The translations under genes were made by a program, and so were the position numbers. A stretch of 64,000 nt of DNA, from positions 1 to 64,000 of the forward strand of contig CALKGR010000004.1 in assembly GCA_938085445.1 (NCBI GenBank). Direction: 5' to 3'. The stretch's first letter is position 1. Every line of letters starts with the position of its first letter. The stretch is from an uncultured Rubripirellula sp. GTDB taxonomy: Bacteria; Planctomycetota; Planctomycetia; Pirellulales; Pirellulaceae. Positions 11,936 through 22,365 of this stretch are shown in pieces. A model generated the notes under the pieces. That model ran no database searches, had not been told where the DNA came from, and saw only the letters and a program-made list of their open reading frames with translations.

Positions 11936-12269
11936 TCACAAACCATTGCAAGCATTGGGTTTAAGTAAACCGAACGATCCTCAAACCAACCGCGAACAAG
12001 CTTCTGGGTGTCAGCCTGACAGCGACCCTGCCTTGGCATTGCCTGACCGCCACCGCCGCCTATCCCGTCCACATCGGCTGCTTCCGGTGAGAGCAATCTG
12101 GGCATCCCTAGCTCCAGTGAGATGCCTAAAAGGCCAGAAAACAGCGTTAAAGAGCCCAGAAGTGATGCTTTGGGAGCCACCATCGAAATGATCCCGTACC
12201 TGCAGTCATGACGAGCCTGGCAAAACAGCAGGTCGTGTCTTCAAAGCAGGACCGGCTTCAAGGCAGCCC

Positions 12270-12303
12270 CTCAATGGCAGAATACACTCAATGGCAGAAT
12301 ACC
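12270..12303. repeat. 17-bp direct tandem repeat x2 (CTCAATGGCAGAATAC[A/C])
   Basis: read directly; degraded CTTCAA[A/G]GCAG copies lie just upstream. Confidence 0.8.
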
Positions 12304-12447
12304 CTCAGCAGTGATTCGTAGCTTCATGCTGCCGCCACCGACTCAGCCCACCAACACGCGGCTTCCGAGCCGATCTTCAGTGAGAAGTTCACTTCCACCA
12401 CTGAAACGGCAGCCCAGCGATGCCTTGGCTCCGGTAATGTGCGCGAA

Positions 12448-12514
12448 ATCGCAGGGGACTGGCATCGCAGGGGACTGGCATCGCAGGGGACTGGCATCGC
12501 AGGGGACTGGCATC
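12448..12514. repeat. 16-bp perfect tandem repeat x4 (ATCGCAGGGGACTGGC)
   Basis: four identical head-to-tail units without spacers. Confidence 0.95.
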
Positions 12515-12907
12515 AGCACGGTCACTCTCCCATGGGAAAACCAAGATCCGGGGAACCACGAGCGAAACAAATGATACCGACCCACTTGGCAGCCTAAGCG
12601 GCCGATCACGCGAACAACGCCAGATCTGAATTTAACGAAAAAGCGAACCCTGCGGCCCCTTTGAAGATGACTTGCTGGCAAAACACAAAACACACTTATT
12701 GACCATGTGTCATCTTGCGGCGACAGAAATCCGTTGCAACCCATACATCCAGCGATACTGTATCCAAAAAGATTCCCAAACTACAGAAGTTCACTCACGA
12801 AAGATTGACCTAAGCCTTGTTGAGGCGTCCACTTCCTTCAGATGCCGCGCAACTTGTGGCGTCATGGCCGAACAAAATGCTCAGTCACCAAAGTACGGGA
12901 CACTTGG

Positions 12908-14695
12908 ATGCGATCACTGAATCTTCTAATTCCGACAACTCTGCTCCTGCTAACGGCATTCTCGAATACCGCTAATGGACAATGGCAAACAAGGGTTTCG
13001 GTCCCTGTTTACGGTACCTCGCCACAGTACAGCACGCCTCCTGCTTACGCTACGCCTCCTGCTTACGCTACGTCTCCGGCTTACGCTGCGTCTCCGGCTT
13101 CCACTGTGTCTCCGGCTTACTCAACAAGCGGACCAGCCTATGCCGCGAGAGTGGCAGGTTCGGTTACCCCTACAGGTTCGGTAACGCGCATGGGCTCGGT
13201 TGCCCCCGGTGTCTCGGTTGCCCCCGGTGTCTCGACTGTCCCAGGCGTGACGTACACCACACCGGCTCGCAGCTACCAACCCGCAGCAACTCCCTACTAC
13301 GGTGTTGCCCCGGTATCGACCAGCACACAGCCCATCTCGAACGGCGCCTATCAAGCACAACGCCCTGCGTACTTTGATAACCCCTCCGTCTATACCGGCC
13401 AACCCACACGTGGTTCCGTACAGGCGAGCTACATGGCACCAACGCAGGTGCAGTCCTACTCGGTTCCACAAGACTTGCAACCGGCCATGCCCAACGTTGT
13501 CAAATCTTATTCAGGACCACCGATCACGGCTCCTCCCATCACAGCACCTCCAGTCCTGACACCTGCACCGATGCCTTACGCTGCATCGCCCCCAGCTCCC
13601 AAACGCGAAGGCTGCCTCAGTCGTTTTTGCAACAAGTTGTTCGGAACTGGTTACACAACTTCGTACTACCGTGCACCGGTAACCTATTACCGACCTGTGA
13701 CCACAATGAATCCTGCAACGGGAACCATGGTGACCGTGCAACAACCTTGCACCTCGTATGAACAACAGGTCCAGCGAAATCCGTTTACCACAGTGCTACC
13801 AGCAAACTACAATACACCGATCAACAACTGCCAACCGGGCTGTCCTTGCCCTCCCGGTACGAACGCCTGCAATACCGTCCCTGGTTACAACCAAGGCCCG
13901 ACCTACGCTCAACCGGCTCCCATTAGCCAAACACCGTATTCCGGCATTGGACAAACGGGAGCCACCGGGACAGGTGACTACCAAGCGATGCCTATTCCGA
14001 CCATTCCTCCAGCGAGAACCCTCGGGGCTCAACCGGCAACCCCCAACCTGAGTCCACTAACGGGACCACCCCCGACGCTGACTCCTCCAGCCGCACCTGC
14101 AGCTGCCGGAGCAGCCGTCCCACCAACCGCAACAGGAACATCGCCTACCAATGACCTTGCTCCCATACAGCGTCCAACTTTGAATAAGCCCGCGGCACCC
14201 GATGCCCCTGAGGTCGACAGTACTTCACCAAGTGAAAAGGCCGAGTCTGCTGACGCCACCGATGCGGCCAGCTGGAGGCTGCAGCGACCGGCTGATTCAA
14301 CAGCCATGATCCCCAGCCAAAACTCTCGACTGAGTCAACCTGACCCCGTATCACTCAAGAGAAGTTATGGGGTGGCCGAGCCAATCCGAGCCCCCGCAGA
14401 CTATGCTCCGCCCTACGGCCCCAACGAAAGTGTGATCCAACGCGGACAGCAAAGCCAAACCACCCCACCTCCTGTTATGGATCCTTTTTCACCTCCCCCC
14501 GCCCGCAACCCATTTCCTTCAGCAACACCACCACTGCCCAGCGGAGAGGCTGACCTGTCTGATTGGACCGAATCAACAAGCAGTCCTGCACGGCCTATAC
14601 GCAGCGTGTCGTACGACAAGCCCAGCAAAAAAATCGCAAAACCCAGCAAGGCCAAGCGGTCGCGACACACGGTTTGGACCAGCGTCGCAGAGTAG
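12908..14695 (+). CDS. secreted Pro/Ser/Thr-rich low-complexity hypothetical protein
   Basis: signal peptide MRSLNLLIPTTLLLLTAFSNTANG; short internal repeats (YATPPA, SVAPGV, ITAPP); Tyr/Cys-rich core. Confidence 0.75.
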   Translation: MRSLNLLIPTTLLLLTAFSNTANGQWQTRVSVPVYGTSPQYSTPPAYATPPAYATSPAYAASPASTVSPAYSTSGPAYAARVAGSVTPTGSVTRMGSVAPGVSVAPGVSTVPGVTYTTPARSYQPAATPYYGVAPVSTSTQPISNGAYQAQRPAYFDNPSVYTGQPTRGSVQASYMAPTQVQSYSVPQDLQPAMPNVVKSYSGPPITAPPITAPPVLTPAPMPYAASPPAPKREGCLSRFCNKLFGTGYTTSYYRAPVTYYRPVTTMNPATGTMVTVQQPCTSYEQQVQRNPFTTVLPANYNTPINNCQPGCPCPPGTNACNTVPGYNQGPTYAQPAPISQTPYSGIGQTGATGTGDYQAMPIPTIPPARTLGAQPATPNLSPLTGPPPTLTPPAAPAAAGAAVPPTATGTSPTNDLAPIQRPTLNKPAAPDAPEVDSTSPSEKAESADATDAASWRLQRPADSTAMIPSQNSRLSQPDPVSLKRSYGVAEPIRAPADYAPPYGPNESVIQRGQQSQTTPPPVMDPFSPPPARNPFPSATPPLPSGEADLSDWTESTSSPARPIRSVSYDKPSKKIAKPSKAKRSRHTVWTSVAE

Positions 14696-15381
14696 CCACG
14701 GAAACTGCAAAGGCTAACACCTTCTGTAGTGAGAAGGTGAAAGGTTACTCAGGCACCAGTCCAGTTGAGCCATCAAGAATCCACCTTGGTTTACCACTTC
14801 TGAGGACGACGCTCCTGTGCCAAACCAGAGTTCAACAGGCAGGTCCTACCAAGCGCGCGTTCAGGGCGTCTGGCACAACACTTTGGTTCTCAAAAAACGC
14901 TTGTCGTTCCCAATCACCCGATTGGTGTGCAAGCATCGCAGTGCGGCATTACCTGGACTCTGCATGACGACACTTCGCGTGGACCGTTAAGAAATCTTCT
15001 GGAATCAGGACTAAAAGCAGCGACCCTATCGTGCTGCAGTTTAGAGAATTCGAGAGTAAGAGAAGTTGTTCAGACACTCACCTCATGAAGCCATCAGTCT
15101 TATCCCACGTCTGCTTTGGGTCGTTCTCTCTTAAAGGCTTCTTTACTGCGGGTGATGTTCCACGGGGCTTTCTGACATGTGGCAGCACATATTTACGGGC
15201 ATTCAACCCTGTTCTTCCCCAACATTCCTGGCTTCAGGCTTGCCAAGTAAGGTTTGCTGAATGACAGAGTAGCGATACACCCTTCGCAAGCGATGCTGCA
15301 TCTGAGAAACTTCAATTCAGACCGATTGGATCTAGGCCGCCACTATTGGCATCAGCTTGGCATTGACCTTTAAGGAATCTC

Positions 15382-17109
15382 ATGGAAAACGCAGCCATCG
15401 CGGCAGTCTTCGAGGAAATGGCGGAACTGCTCGAGTTCCGCGGTGAGAACCCCTTCCGCATCCGAGCTTACCGAAATGGTGCAAAAGCCATCCGCGACCT
15501 CGACGAATCGGTTGCTTCCATCCTTGCTGACCCAACTCGTAACCTGTCCAGCATTCCCGGCATTGGAAAGACACTGCTGGATAAAACAGAAACGCTTGTC
15601 GCGACAGGACAATTACCACAGCTTGAAAAACTGAGGCAGGAAATCCCTGAAGTTGTCATTCAAATGGCCAGAATACCGGGACTGGGTGCTAAGAAAGCTG
15701 CCAAACTACAACAGGAACTCGCCATCGAATCACTGGGCGATCTGCGTAAAGCATGTCACGAGGATCGCATCTCCAAGCTAAAAGGCTTTGGTGGCAAGAC
15801 TCAGCAGGCAATTCTTGATGGGTTGGCGATTGCAGAAGCCGCAGCTGAACGGATTTACTGGTCCGACGGAGATCAACTTGCCAAGTCGATTGGCAAGCAC
15901 ATGAAATCCTGCGACACCATTAGCCGGATGGAATGGGCAGGCAGTTATCGGCGTGGCCGAGAAACGGTCGGTGACTTGGACCTGCTTATCGTTGCCGAGG
16001 ACCGTGACTTGGCAATGGATCATCTTGAAGCCTACGCAGAACGTTCCAGCACCATCCTGCGAGGCGACACAAAAATCTCCATCAGAGTGGGAAAGGCTTT
16101 TCAGGTCGACATGCGAGTTGTTGACGAGAACGAATTTGGCGCAGCACTCCAATACTTCACTGGTTCTCAAGCTCACAATATCCACACACGTCGACTCGCA
16201 AAGGAAAGAGGCCTGAAGATCAATGAGTATGGTGTCTTCTCGCAAGAAGATGACCACCAAGTCGCCGGTGCCACCGAGGAGGATGTCTACGCCTCCATCG
16301 GCTTACCCTGGATTGCCCCCGAATTGCGAGAAGATCGTCATGAGTTCAAGTGGTGTGCTGAGGAAAATCTTCCCGACCTGATTGAACTGTCAGACGTTTG
16401 CGGCGACTTGCACATGCACACCACGGCCACAGATGGTGCTGCAACTTTACGCGAGATGGCAGACGCCGCAATAGAACGCAACCTGTCCTATATCGCGATA
16501 ACCGACCACAGCAAACGCGTCTCGATGGCAAGAGGCCTCGACGCCGAACGCCTCCGTGAGCAGTGGAAGATGATTGATGAAGTCCGTCCGGAATACGACG
16601 GGCGTCTGACCATCTTGAAAGGAATCGAGTGCGACATTCTTGAAGCCGGAGGAATGGATCTGCCAGATGATTGCCTGGAAGAAGCCGATTGGGTCCTTGC
16701 TAGTATCCACTACGGGCAAAAACAACCCCGCGACCAGATCACAGAACGGTTACTCGGTGCGATTGAGAATCCTTGGGTTACGTGCATAGCACACCCGACC
16801 GGTCGACTGATCAACCGACGGCCACCGTACGAGGTGGATATGGAAGCCGTGATGCAGGCTGCCAAGAGATGTGGAAAGCTCATGGAACTCAACGCTAACC
16901 CTGCGAGACTTGACCTCAATGATGTTCACCTGGCTGCCGCCAAGCGTCTGCAAATCCCTGTCGTGATCAGTACAGACGCCCACTCGATCGAAGGCCTCGA
17001 TGTGATGCAATATGGTATCAAGCAAGCACGCCGCGGTGGTCTCAGTCGCCAAGACGTTGGCAACACACGACCATGGAAGGAATTCAAAAAACTCTTCAAA
17101 CGCGGTTGA
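15382..17109 (+). CDS. polX: DNA polymerase X family with PHP 3'-5' exonuclease domain
   Basis: ENPFRIRAY, HhH motifs IPGIG/IPGLG, AGSYRR, GDLDLL, YFTGS; PHP motifs DLHMHT, ITDHS, IAHPTGR, STDAH; AAGGA RBS. Confidence 0.95.
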   Translation: MENAAIAAVFEEMAELLEFRGENPFRIRAYRNGAKAIRDLDESVASILADPTRNLSSIPGIGKTLLDKTETLVATGQLPQLEKLRQEIPEVVIQMARIPGLGAKKAAKLQQELAIESLGDLRKACHEDRISKLKGFGGKTQQAILDGLAIAEAAAERIYWSDGDQLAKSIGKHMKSCDTISRMEWAGSYRRGRETVGDLDLLIVAEDRDLAMDHLEAYAERSSTILRGDTKISIRVGKAFQVDMRVVDENEFGAALQYFTGSQAHNIHTRRLAKERGLKINEYGVFSQEDDHQVAGATEEDVYASIGLPWIAPELREDRHEFKWCAEENLPDLIELSDVCGDLHMHTTATDGAATLREMADAAIERNLSYIAITDHSKRVSMARGLDAERLREQWKMIDEVRPEYDGRLTILKGIECDILEAGGMDLPDDCLEEADWVLASIHYGQKQPRDQITERLLGAIENPWVTCIAHPTGRLINRRPPYEVDMEAVMQAAKRCGKLMELNANPARLDLNDVHLAAAKRLQIPVVISTDAHSIEGLDVMQYGIKQARRGGLSRQDVGNTRPWKEFKKLFKRG

Positions 17110-17200
17110 ACAATCTCGAGAGTGGCTGGAGCACAAAATCGATCTCGCAAAAGAGAAACACATGCACTCAGTTCACATCAGCAGAGTCGACATCCTCGAC

Positions 17201-17416
17201 CTAACGCTTCGCAATTGACCGAGCGACTCGCCCACCAAGCACCATGCCAAACGCCAACAGCAAAAATGCGAAGACCACTAAAACTGGCAACAAATGCTCA
17301 GGTGTCGCCAAATAATGAGTTGCTCCACCCTCACCATGCCCGGGATGAGCCATCAGAGGTGAAACGAAAAGAGTCGTGCAAAATAAACCCGCGAAAGATC
17401 GAAGAAAACGCTTCAC
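17201..17416 (-). CDS. small membrane protein (signal peptide, AHPGHG motif, one TM helix)
   Basis: signal-like N-terminus, His-rich AHPGHG as in HupE/UreJ-type N-termini, C-terminal hydrophobic helix; start uncertain. Confidence 0.6.
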   Translation of the reverse strand: MKRFLRSFAGLFCTTLFVSPLMAHPGHGEGGATHYLATPEHLLPVLVVFAFLLLAFGMVLGGRVARSIAKR

Positions 17417-17827
17417 CGAAGACACCGAATTAAAGAGGATGATGGTTGGACAAATCAGCGACAAGTGAATAATGAATTCAGAGCAATCATCTGCTGCCGC
17501 GCACTATCTTCTAAGCTGCCCACGGTAACTTGTCGAGGTGTTTTAAAACAACGTCTCGCGAACAGGATTCCGGTACCCTGACTTTCTCATGCTCACCCTG
17601 AATGCCAGTTGATCACGCCGGACGAAACTCTGGCCAAGAATCTGCCCGTACTTGCACGAAGTAGATTGCCTCAGATCCAGCCTGCCTTATTTTCCGTTCC
17701 CTATTATCCCCGGAAACTGACACGTAAACCAGAACGGCTCAAGAGACAGAATCCTTAGTCTCCCGACGGCCTTTCCCCTAACCTGGTGGCTGATCACAAG
17801 CTTTCCGACAAGTCGCTCATTGTCTCA

Positions 17828-18115
17828 TCAGCTTCCTGAGAAGTTACCTGCTTCGGGCTCACGGACGATGATCGAATTTTTGATTTGATAATCCGGGCAG
17901 ACAACGCGCGCCACTTCCTGTGCAGTCTGCTTGAGAAAGTAAGTCGACACTTCACCTGCCAACTGCACGATATCCTGATCGACGCGGACCTGCAGATCGC
18001 GCAAGCCACAATGCCCACTACTCACCAGATGCTGACGAACAGCGCGCTCCATTTGCGTATCACAAGAATCGTCAGCAGTGCGTTTGTTTTCTGATTCCTT
18101 CAACATCGCATTCAC
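17828..18115 (-). CDS. BON domain protein
   Basis: LRDLQVRVDQDIVQLAGEVSTYFLKQTAQE...IKNSIIV. Confidence 0.85.
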   Translation of the reverse strand: MNAMLKESENKRTADDSCDTQMERAVRQHLVSSGHCGLRDLQVRVDQDIVQLAGEVSTYFLKQTAQEVARVVCPDYQIKNSIIVREPEAGNFSGS

Positions 18116-18521
18116 CCCATCCTATTCATGAACGACTGACATTTGTCGACATATCTTCGCAACCTTTGAGTTATCAGCAAGCAAAAATATCGAATCCAAT
18201 TCAGATAGAAGAGATTCCCATGAAAAGATTGCAAGCATTAAACATGCTTGGCACGTGATGAAATGCCCAGATCAACGAACAAGATCTGCGAAAAACCAAA
18301 GCAAGAGAGCATCGCGAACGCATAAACGCCTCACCCCATGTCTTCCCAGCCATCTGGACCAACGGCCATTATCGAATCAATCCCATCTGCCCGAGTACGG
18401 GGAGCATTTCCGCTAGCGGCTAGCCTGCCTCTGTGCGAATCTTCAGCCCTTGTTTTCACCAGTTGACGAATCTGCTACTTGTTTGATGAGAAAAACAGAG
18501 GACATGAAACCGCAAGTACGC

Positions 18522-19856
18522 TCAAAGATTTTCAGATCCTTCTAACTCGACAAGCCGCGCACGAACCCGTTCACGCAAGTCCTCGGCTTTGATAAATTTT
18601 GGGATCAGATGGTCCGTATCTGCTCGAATACGCAGCAGACAAACAAGACACGCATCGACGAGTTCCTTGTCGTCATCACGCAGCGCCAAAGCAAGCCTCG
18701 GCATGATCCGCGGCGCAAGGACAGCGAGCTTTTGGCCTTGGCTACTGATCAGTTCAAGAATGGGTGAGGGATCACCAGCAAAATAGTCGAACAACTTTGC
18801 CAATTTGCGACGATAACCGTCCAGTGGCAACTTTAACTCAACCGCCGCTTGCATGGCAGCCACAGTAATGCGAGGCTTGCTTCTTCTGCACAAATCCGAA
18901 ACACGCTTTTCAAGTTCCGGTGTGACGCTTCGCGCCTTCCCTAAGACCCTTGCAGCAAGCGGGACCACATCAGGGTCACCGAAACGCGATGCCTGGATAG
19001 CTGCCTCAACAGCACGAGGCGAAAGCCCGTCGAGTTTTGCGAGTGCATAACCCGATGCGAGCGCGTAAGCGGGATCGGCTCCAACGAACCATGTTGCAAG
19101 TTGGCTCATATCTGCTTGAGTCGAAGGAATGGTCTCTGCATCAAAGAGCAGACAATCACCAGCTTTCTCCTGCCGCTCAAAAAACTCCCATGCGAGCTGT
19201 GCAGTCTCTCGCGAATCCAGACGGAGTGCGTCTGCCCAATCAGGAGGAACCTCATTGCGGCACCGAGCGAATAACGCCAACGCATAGCCGATTTCGACGG
19301 TGCTGTAATACCCCGATCTTGAGATCGACCACCCAGCCCACCCAGCCTGTGACCATTGGTCATCGTAGAGACATGCTTCGCTACCCAGCACGCCAAAACC
19401 ACAACATACGGGCATCAGATCCGAGGTCCGAGCTGATCGGTCCAACTCAGTGGCTGCGGGTACCCCATGCCAATGGTGGCACGAAAGCTGAAAAGCCAAC
19501 TCCATGACAGTTCGAAGCGGATCACCAACGGTTCTTCTTGCCAAGCGTATTACCGCTGGAGAATGATCCGTGGTTGCAGAGTAAGTCGATGGATAACCGA
19601 TTTCCGAATCGGCAACGATCTGCACTTCACAAACCGCTTGCTGTTCCGGCAATCTTGACACAACCGCGGCGCGTGCTGTTTCGACTAAAGTTTCAGCGCT
19701 GGTTTGATCAAGAGATAGCTCGTCCAAGCTTGTCAGCACTTGGGCTTGACGTACGAAAGGGAGACCAATTTCACCGATGGTCCTGCGCATCAGCAGTTCG
19801 ATGTCGACTCTCTGAAAAGTCGTTAGCGGCATCCGAACTTTGCGAAACCCAAACAT
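18522..19856 (-). CDS. hypothetical protein (degenerate zincin-like N-domain, HEAT-like C-terminal helices)
   Basis: long ORF; TSDLMPVCCGFG...GYYS..EIGYALA; helical repeats such as DPDVVPLAARVLG. Confidence 0.65.
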   Translation of the reverse strand: MFGFRKVRMPLTTFQRVDIELLMRRTIGEIGLPFVRQAQVLTSLDELSLDQTSAETLVETARAAVVSRLPEQQAVCEVQIVADSEIGYPSTYSATTDHSPAVIRLARRTVGDPLRTVMELAFQLSCHHWHGVPAATELDRSARTSDLMPVCCGFGVLGSEACLYDDQWSQAGWAGWSISRSGYYSTVEIGYALALFARCRNEVPPDWADALRLDSRETAQLAWEFFERQEKAGDCLLFDAETIPSTQADMSQLATWFVGADPAYALASGYALAKLDGLSPRAVEAAIQASRFGDPDVVPLAARVLGKARSVTPELEKRVSDLCRRSKPRITVAAMQAAVELKLPLDGYRRKLAKLFDYFAGDPSPILELISSQGQKLAVLAPRIMPRLALALRDDDKELVDACLVCLLRIRADTDHLIPKFIKAEDLRERVRARLVELEGSENL

Positions 19857-20278
19857 GGCACCCACTTAATCAGTTATCGGCTGTTCAGGCCTTCGGCAAG
19901 TATTCATGCCCACGGCAGGGTACGACTGACCCAGCCTTGTATTCGACCTCAGTCGGGTGGCCTTCCATTCGAGCAACTGCCAAAAACTGACATAGCTTCT
20001 GCCTAGCCCCCTCCACCGACCTCGCAATTCTCCGGGAAACAGCCCCCACTGACAAGCGGCATGCCCGCACAAGCACCATGAAGGGCGAGGGCCGGTCCTG
20101 CGTGGGCATGCGGTTCCAAGGCCGACCGTGTACGATACGGTCCAGCGGCCGAGAGCCCGCACAGCTTCCCGACACAACGAGTCGATGGCAAATATGCCCC
20201 AAGATTCGCTTGGACGAGGGGCTGATTACACACACAAAACAATTCCCGAGGCAATCCGCCCAACCCAGGCAAGCAGAG

Positions 20279-21247
20279 ATGAATGGACAAGTATTTCGCG
20301 GTTGTATCCCCGCCTTGATGACGCCTTGCACCAGCGAGCGCGAGCCAAATTATGACGCCTTGGTCAGCAAGGCACAGGAACTGACGACACTGGGCATGAA
20401 CGCAGTTGTGTATTGCGGATCAATGGGCGACTGGCCGCTGCTCACCAACGAGCAGAGGATGGAAGGCGTCAGTCGATTGGTCAAGGCTGGCATCGACGTC
20501 ATCGTGGGCACGGGCGCACAAAATACAGCGATTGCTGTTGAGCATGCGACACACGCTCAGCAGGTCGGTGCCCATGGGCTGATGCTGATCCCTCGAGTTC
20601 TGTCCCGAGGAACTTCCCCCGCAGCACAACGCAACCATTTCGCAGACATTCTGGCCGCTGCTCCGGACTTACCCGCCGTTATTTACAACAGCCCTTATTA
20701 CGGATTCGAAACTAAAGCTGATCTGTTCTTCAATTTGCGAACAGAATTTCCAAACCTCGTCGGATTTAAAGAATTCGGCGGAGCTGACGCCCTCAGTTAT
20801 GCAAGCGAACAAATTACCCACGCCGAAGATGAGATTGTGCTGATGGCGGGAGTCGACACTCAGGTCTACCACGGGTTCGTGCACTGCGGGGCCGTCGGTG
20901 CGATCACCGGGATTGGAAATTGTCTGCCCACCGAAGTGTTAACGCTGATTCATCTATGCCAGCTTGCTGCCCAAGGCGATCCGGACGCTCGACGTTTGGC
21001 ACGAGAACTCGAAGAGGCCTTGATCGTTCTGTCTACCTATGACGAAGGCCCCGACCTTGTACTCTACTACAAGTATCTTCTCGAATTACAGGGTGACAAC
21101 GATTACAAATTGCACTTCAATAGCACTGACGTTTTGAGTGACAGTCAGCGTGGATTTGTGGAAAAGCAATTTGAGCTGTTCCAAAATTGGTGGAATCAGT
21201 GGCCGGGCAAGACTTACACAGAAAATCGTAAATCTTCCACCAACTGA
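20279..21247 (+). CDS. dihydrodipicolinate synthase family protein (probable pyrroline-4-hydroxy-2-carboxylate deaminase)
   Basis: GCIPALMTP, YCGSMG, IYNSP, Schiff-base Lys in GFKEFGG; adjacent to the epimerase and FAD oxidase. Confidence 0.88.
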   Translation: MNGQVFRGCIPALMTPCTSEREPNYDALVSKAQELTTLGMNAVVYCGSMGDWPLLTNEQRMEGVSRLVKAGIDVIVGTGAQNTAIAVEHATHAQQVGAHGLMLIPRVLSRGTSPAAQRNHFADILAAAPDLPAVIYNSPYYGFETKADLFFNLRTEFPNLVGFKEFGGADALSYASEQITHAEDEIVLMAGVDTQVYHGFVHCGAVGAITGIGNCLPTEVLTLIHLCQLAAQGDPDARRLARELEEALIVLSTYDEGPDLVLYYKYLLELQGDNDYKLHFNSTDVLSDSQRGFVEKQFELFQNWWNQWPGKTYTENRKSSTN

Positions 21248-21425
21248 GGCAGATCAAACCCGTTTCGTAAAAGCAGCGTGGGGCAAACGCTGCCGAGGCC
21301 TCGCTGTTACCACAGTTGTCAGTGCGCAAGCTAACAAGTCGCCAAGTTTAACAGGCTCATCCTGAATACACTGCCTCGAAAATCCAAACGTTCTTCTACA
21401 CTTGCACACTCAGTAACAGCCTGCC

Positions 21426-22355
21426 ATGTCCGGAGAAATTCACGCAATTGACTCTCACACCGCGGGCGAACCAACTCGCATTGTGCTCGCAGGCGGTCCA
21501 CCACTAGGGAAAGGCTCGCTCTCTGAGAGGCTTGCCATTTTCCGCACCAAACACGATGCGTATCGCAGAGCCATCATCACTGAACCGCGAGGCTCCGATG
21601 TTCTGGTAGGTGGTCTGGTCTGTGAACCTCATGATCCGACCTGTCAGGCGGGAGTGATTTTCTTTAATAACGTCGGCTTTCTCGGTATGTGTGGACACGG
21701 CTTGATCGGCCTCGTGGAAACACTACGTGACCAAGGGAAGATTGATGTGGGCCAAATTCAGATTGAAACTCCGGTGGGGAAAGTAGCGGCAACCCTGCAC
21801 GAAGATGGTGACATTTCAGTATCCAATGTGGAAAGTTATCGAGTCGCCAGGGACATTGAAGTGCATACCGATGGCTTCGGAATCGTACGCGGAGATGTTG
21901 CATACGGCGGCAACTGGTTCTTCCTGACCAACACACCACAGCAGAACATCGCACGCGGCGAGATCAAACATTTGACCAACATGGCCTGTGCCATTCGCCG
22001 AGCCGTGAACGACGCAGGATACCCCGACGTGGACCATGTTGAGATTTTTGGCGAGCCGGAGGGGCGGGCTGATTCCCGCAATTTCGTATTGTGCCCGGGA
22101 CTTGAGTACGATCGATCTCCCTGTGGGACTGGGACAAGTGCCAAGCTTGCCTGCCTTGCAGCGGATGGAAAGTTGGGACCTCATCAAGCATGGATACAGC
22201 AGGGTGTGCTGGGTACTTCGTTTACGTGCGACTATACATGGGCCGACGCTGACAAGACACGCATCAAGCCTAACATTCGTGGCAGGGCATTTATCACGGC
22301 AGAAACCCGTCTGAAATTAACAGCAAACGATCCATTCTGCTGGGGCATCCAGTAG
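21426..22355 (+). CDS. proline racemase family, probable 4-hydroxyproline 2-epimerase
   Basis: IDSHTAGEPTR, EPRG, MCGH and DRSPCGTG with both catalytic Cys. Confidence 0.92.
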   Translation: MSGEIHAIDSHTAGEPTRIVLAGGPPLGKGSLSERLAIFRTKHDAYRRAIITEPRGSDVLVGGLVCEPHDPTCQAGVIFFNNVGFLGMCGHGLIGLVETLRDQGKIDVGQIQIETPVGKVAATLHEDGDISVSNVESYRVARDIEVHTDGFGIVRGDVAYGGNWFFLTNTPQQNIARGEIKHLTNMACAIRRAVNDAGYPDVDHVEIFGEPEGRADSRNFVLCPGLEYDRSPCGTGTSAKLACLAADGKLGPHQAWIQQGVLGTSFTCDYTWADADKTRIKPNIRGRAFITAETRLKLTANDPFCWGIQ

Positions 22356-22365
22356 TTTCCGAGCG

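Noticed and set aside
12448..12514. Possible mini CRISPR array
   Set aside because: The 16-bp units are contiguous with no spacers, and there are no cas genes in the window.
14718..14739. Hairpin CACCTTCT-N6-AGAAGGTG after the Pro-rich gene
   Set aside because: No U tract on the coding strand, so I cannot call it a terminator.
15346..15362. sigma54-like site upstream of polX (TGGCAT-N5-TGGC)
   Set aside because: Non-consensus -12, and the implied start would fall within the RBS.
18232..18250. Inverted repeat CAAGCAT-N5-ATGCTTG upstream of the BON gene
   Set aside because: Single short instance with no recognisable regulator; chance occurrence is plausible.
20050..20155. GC-rich hairpins upstream of the DHDPS-like gene
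   Set aside because: No match to a riboswitch I know; GC richness alone explains the pairing.
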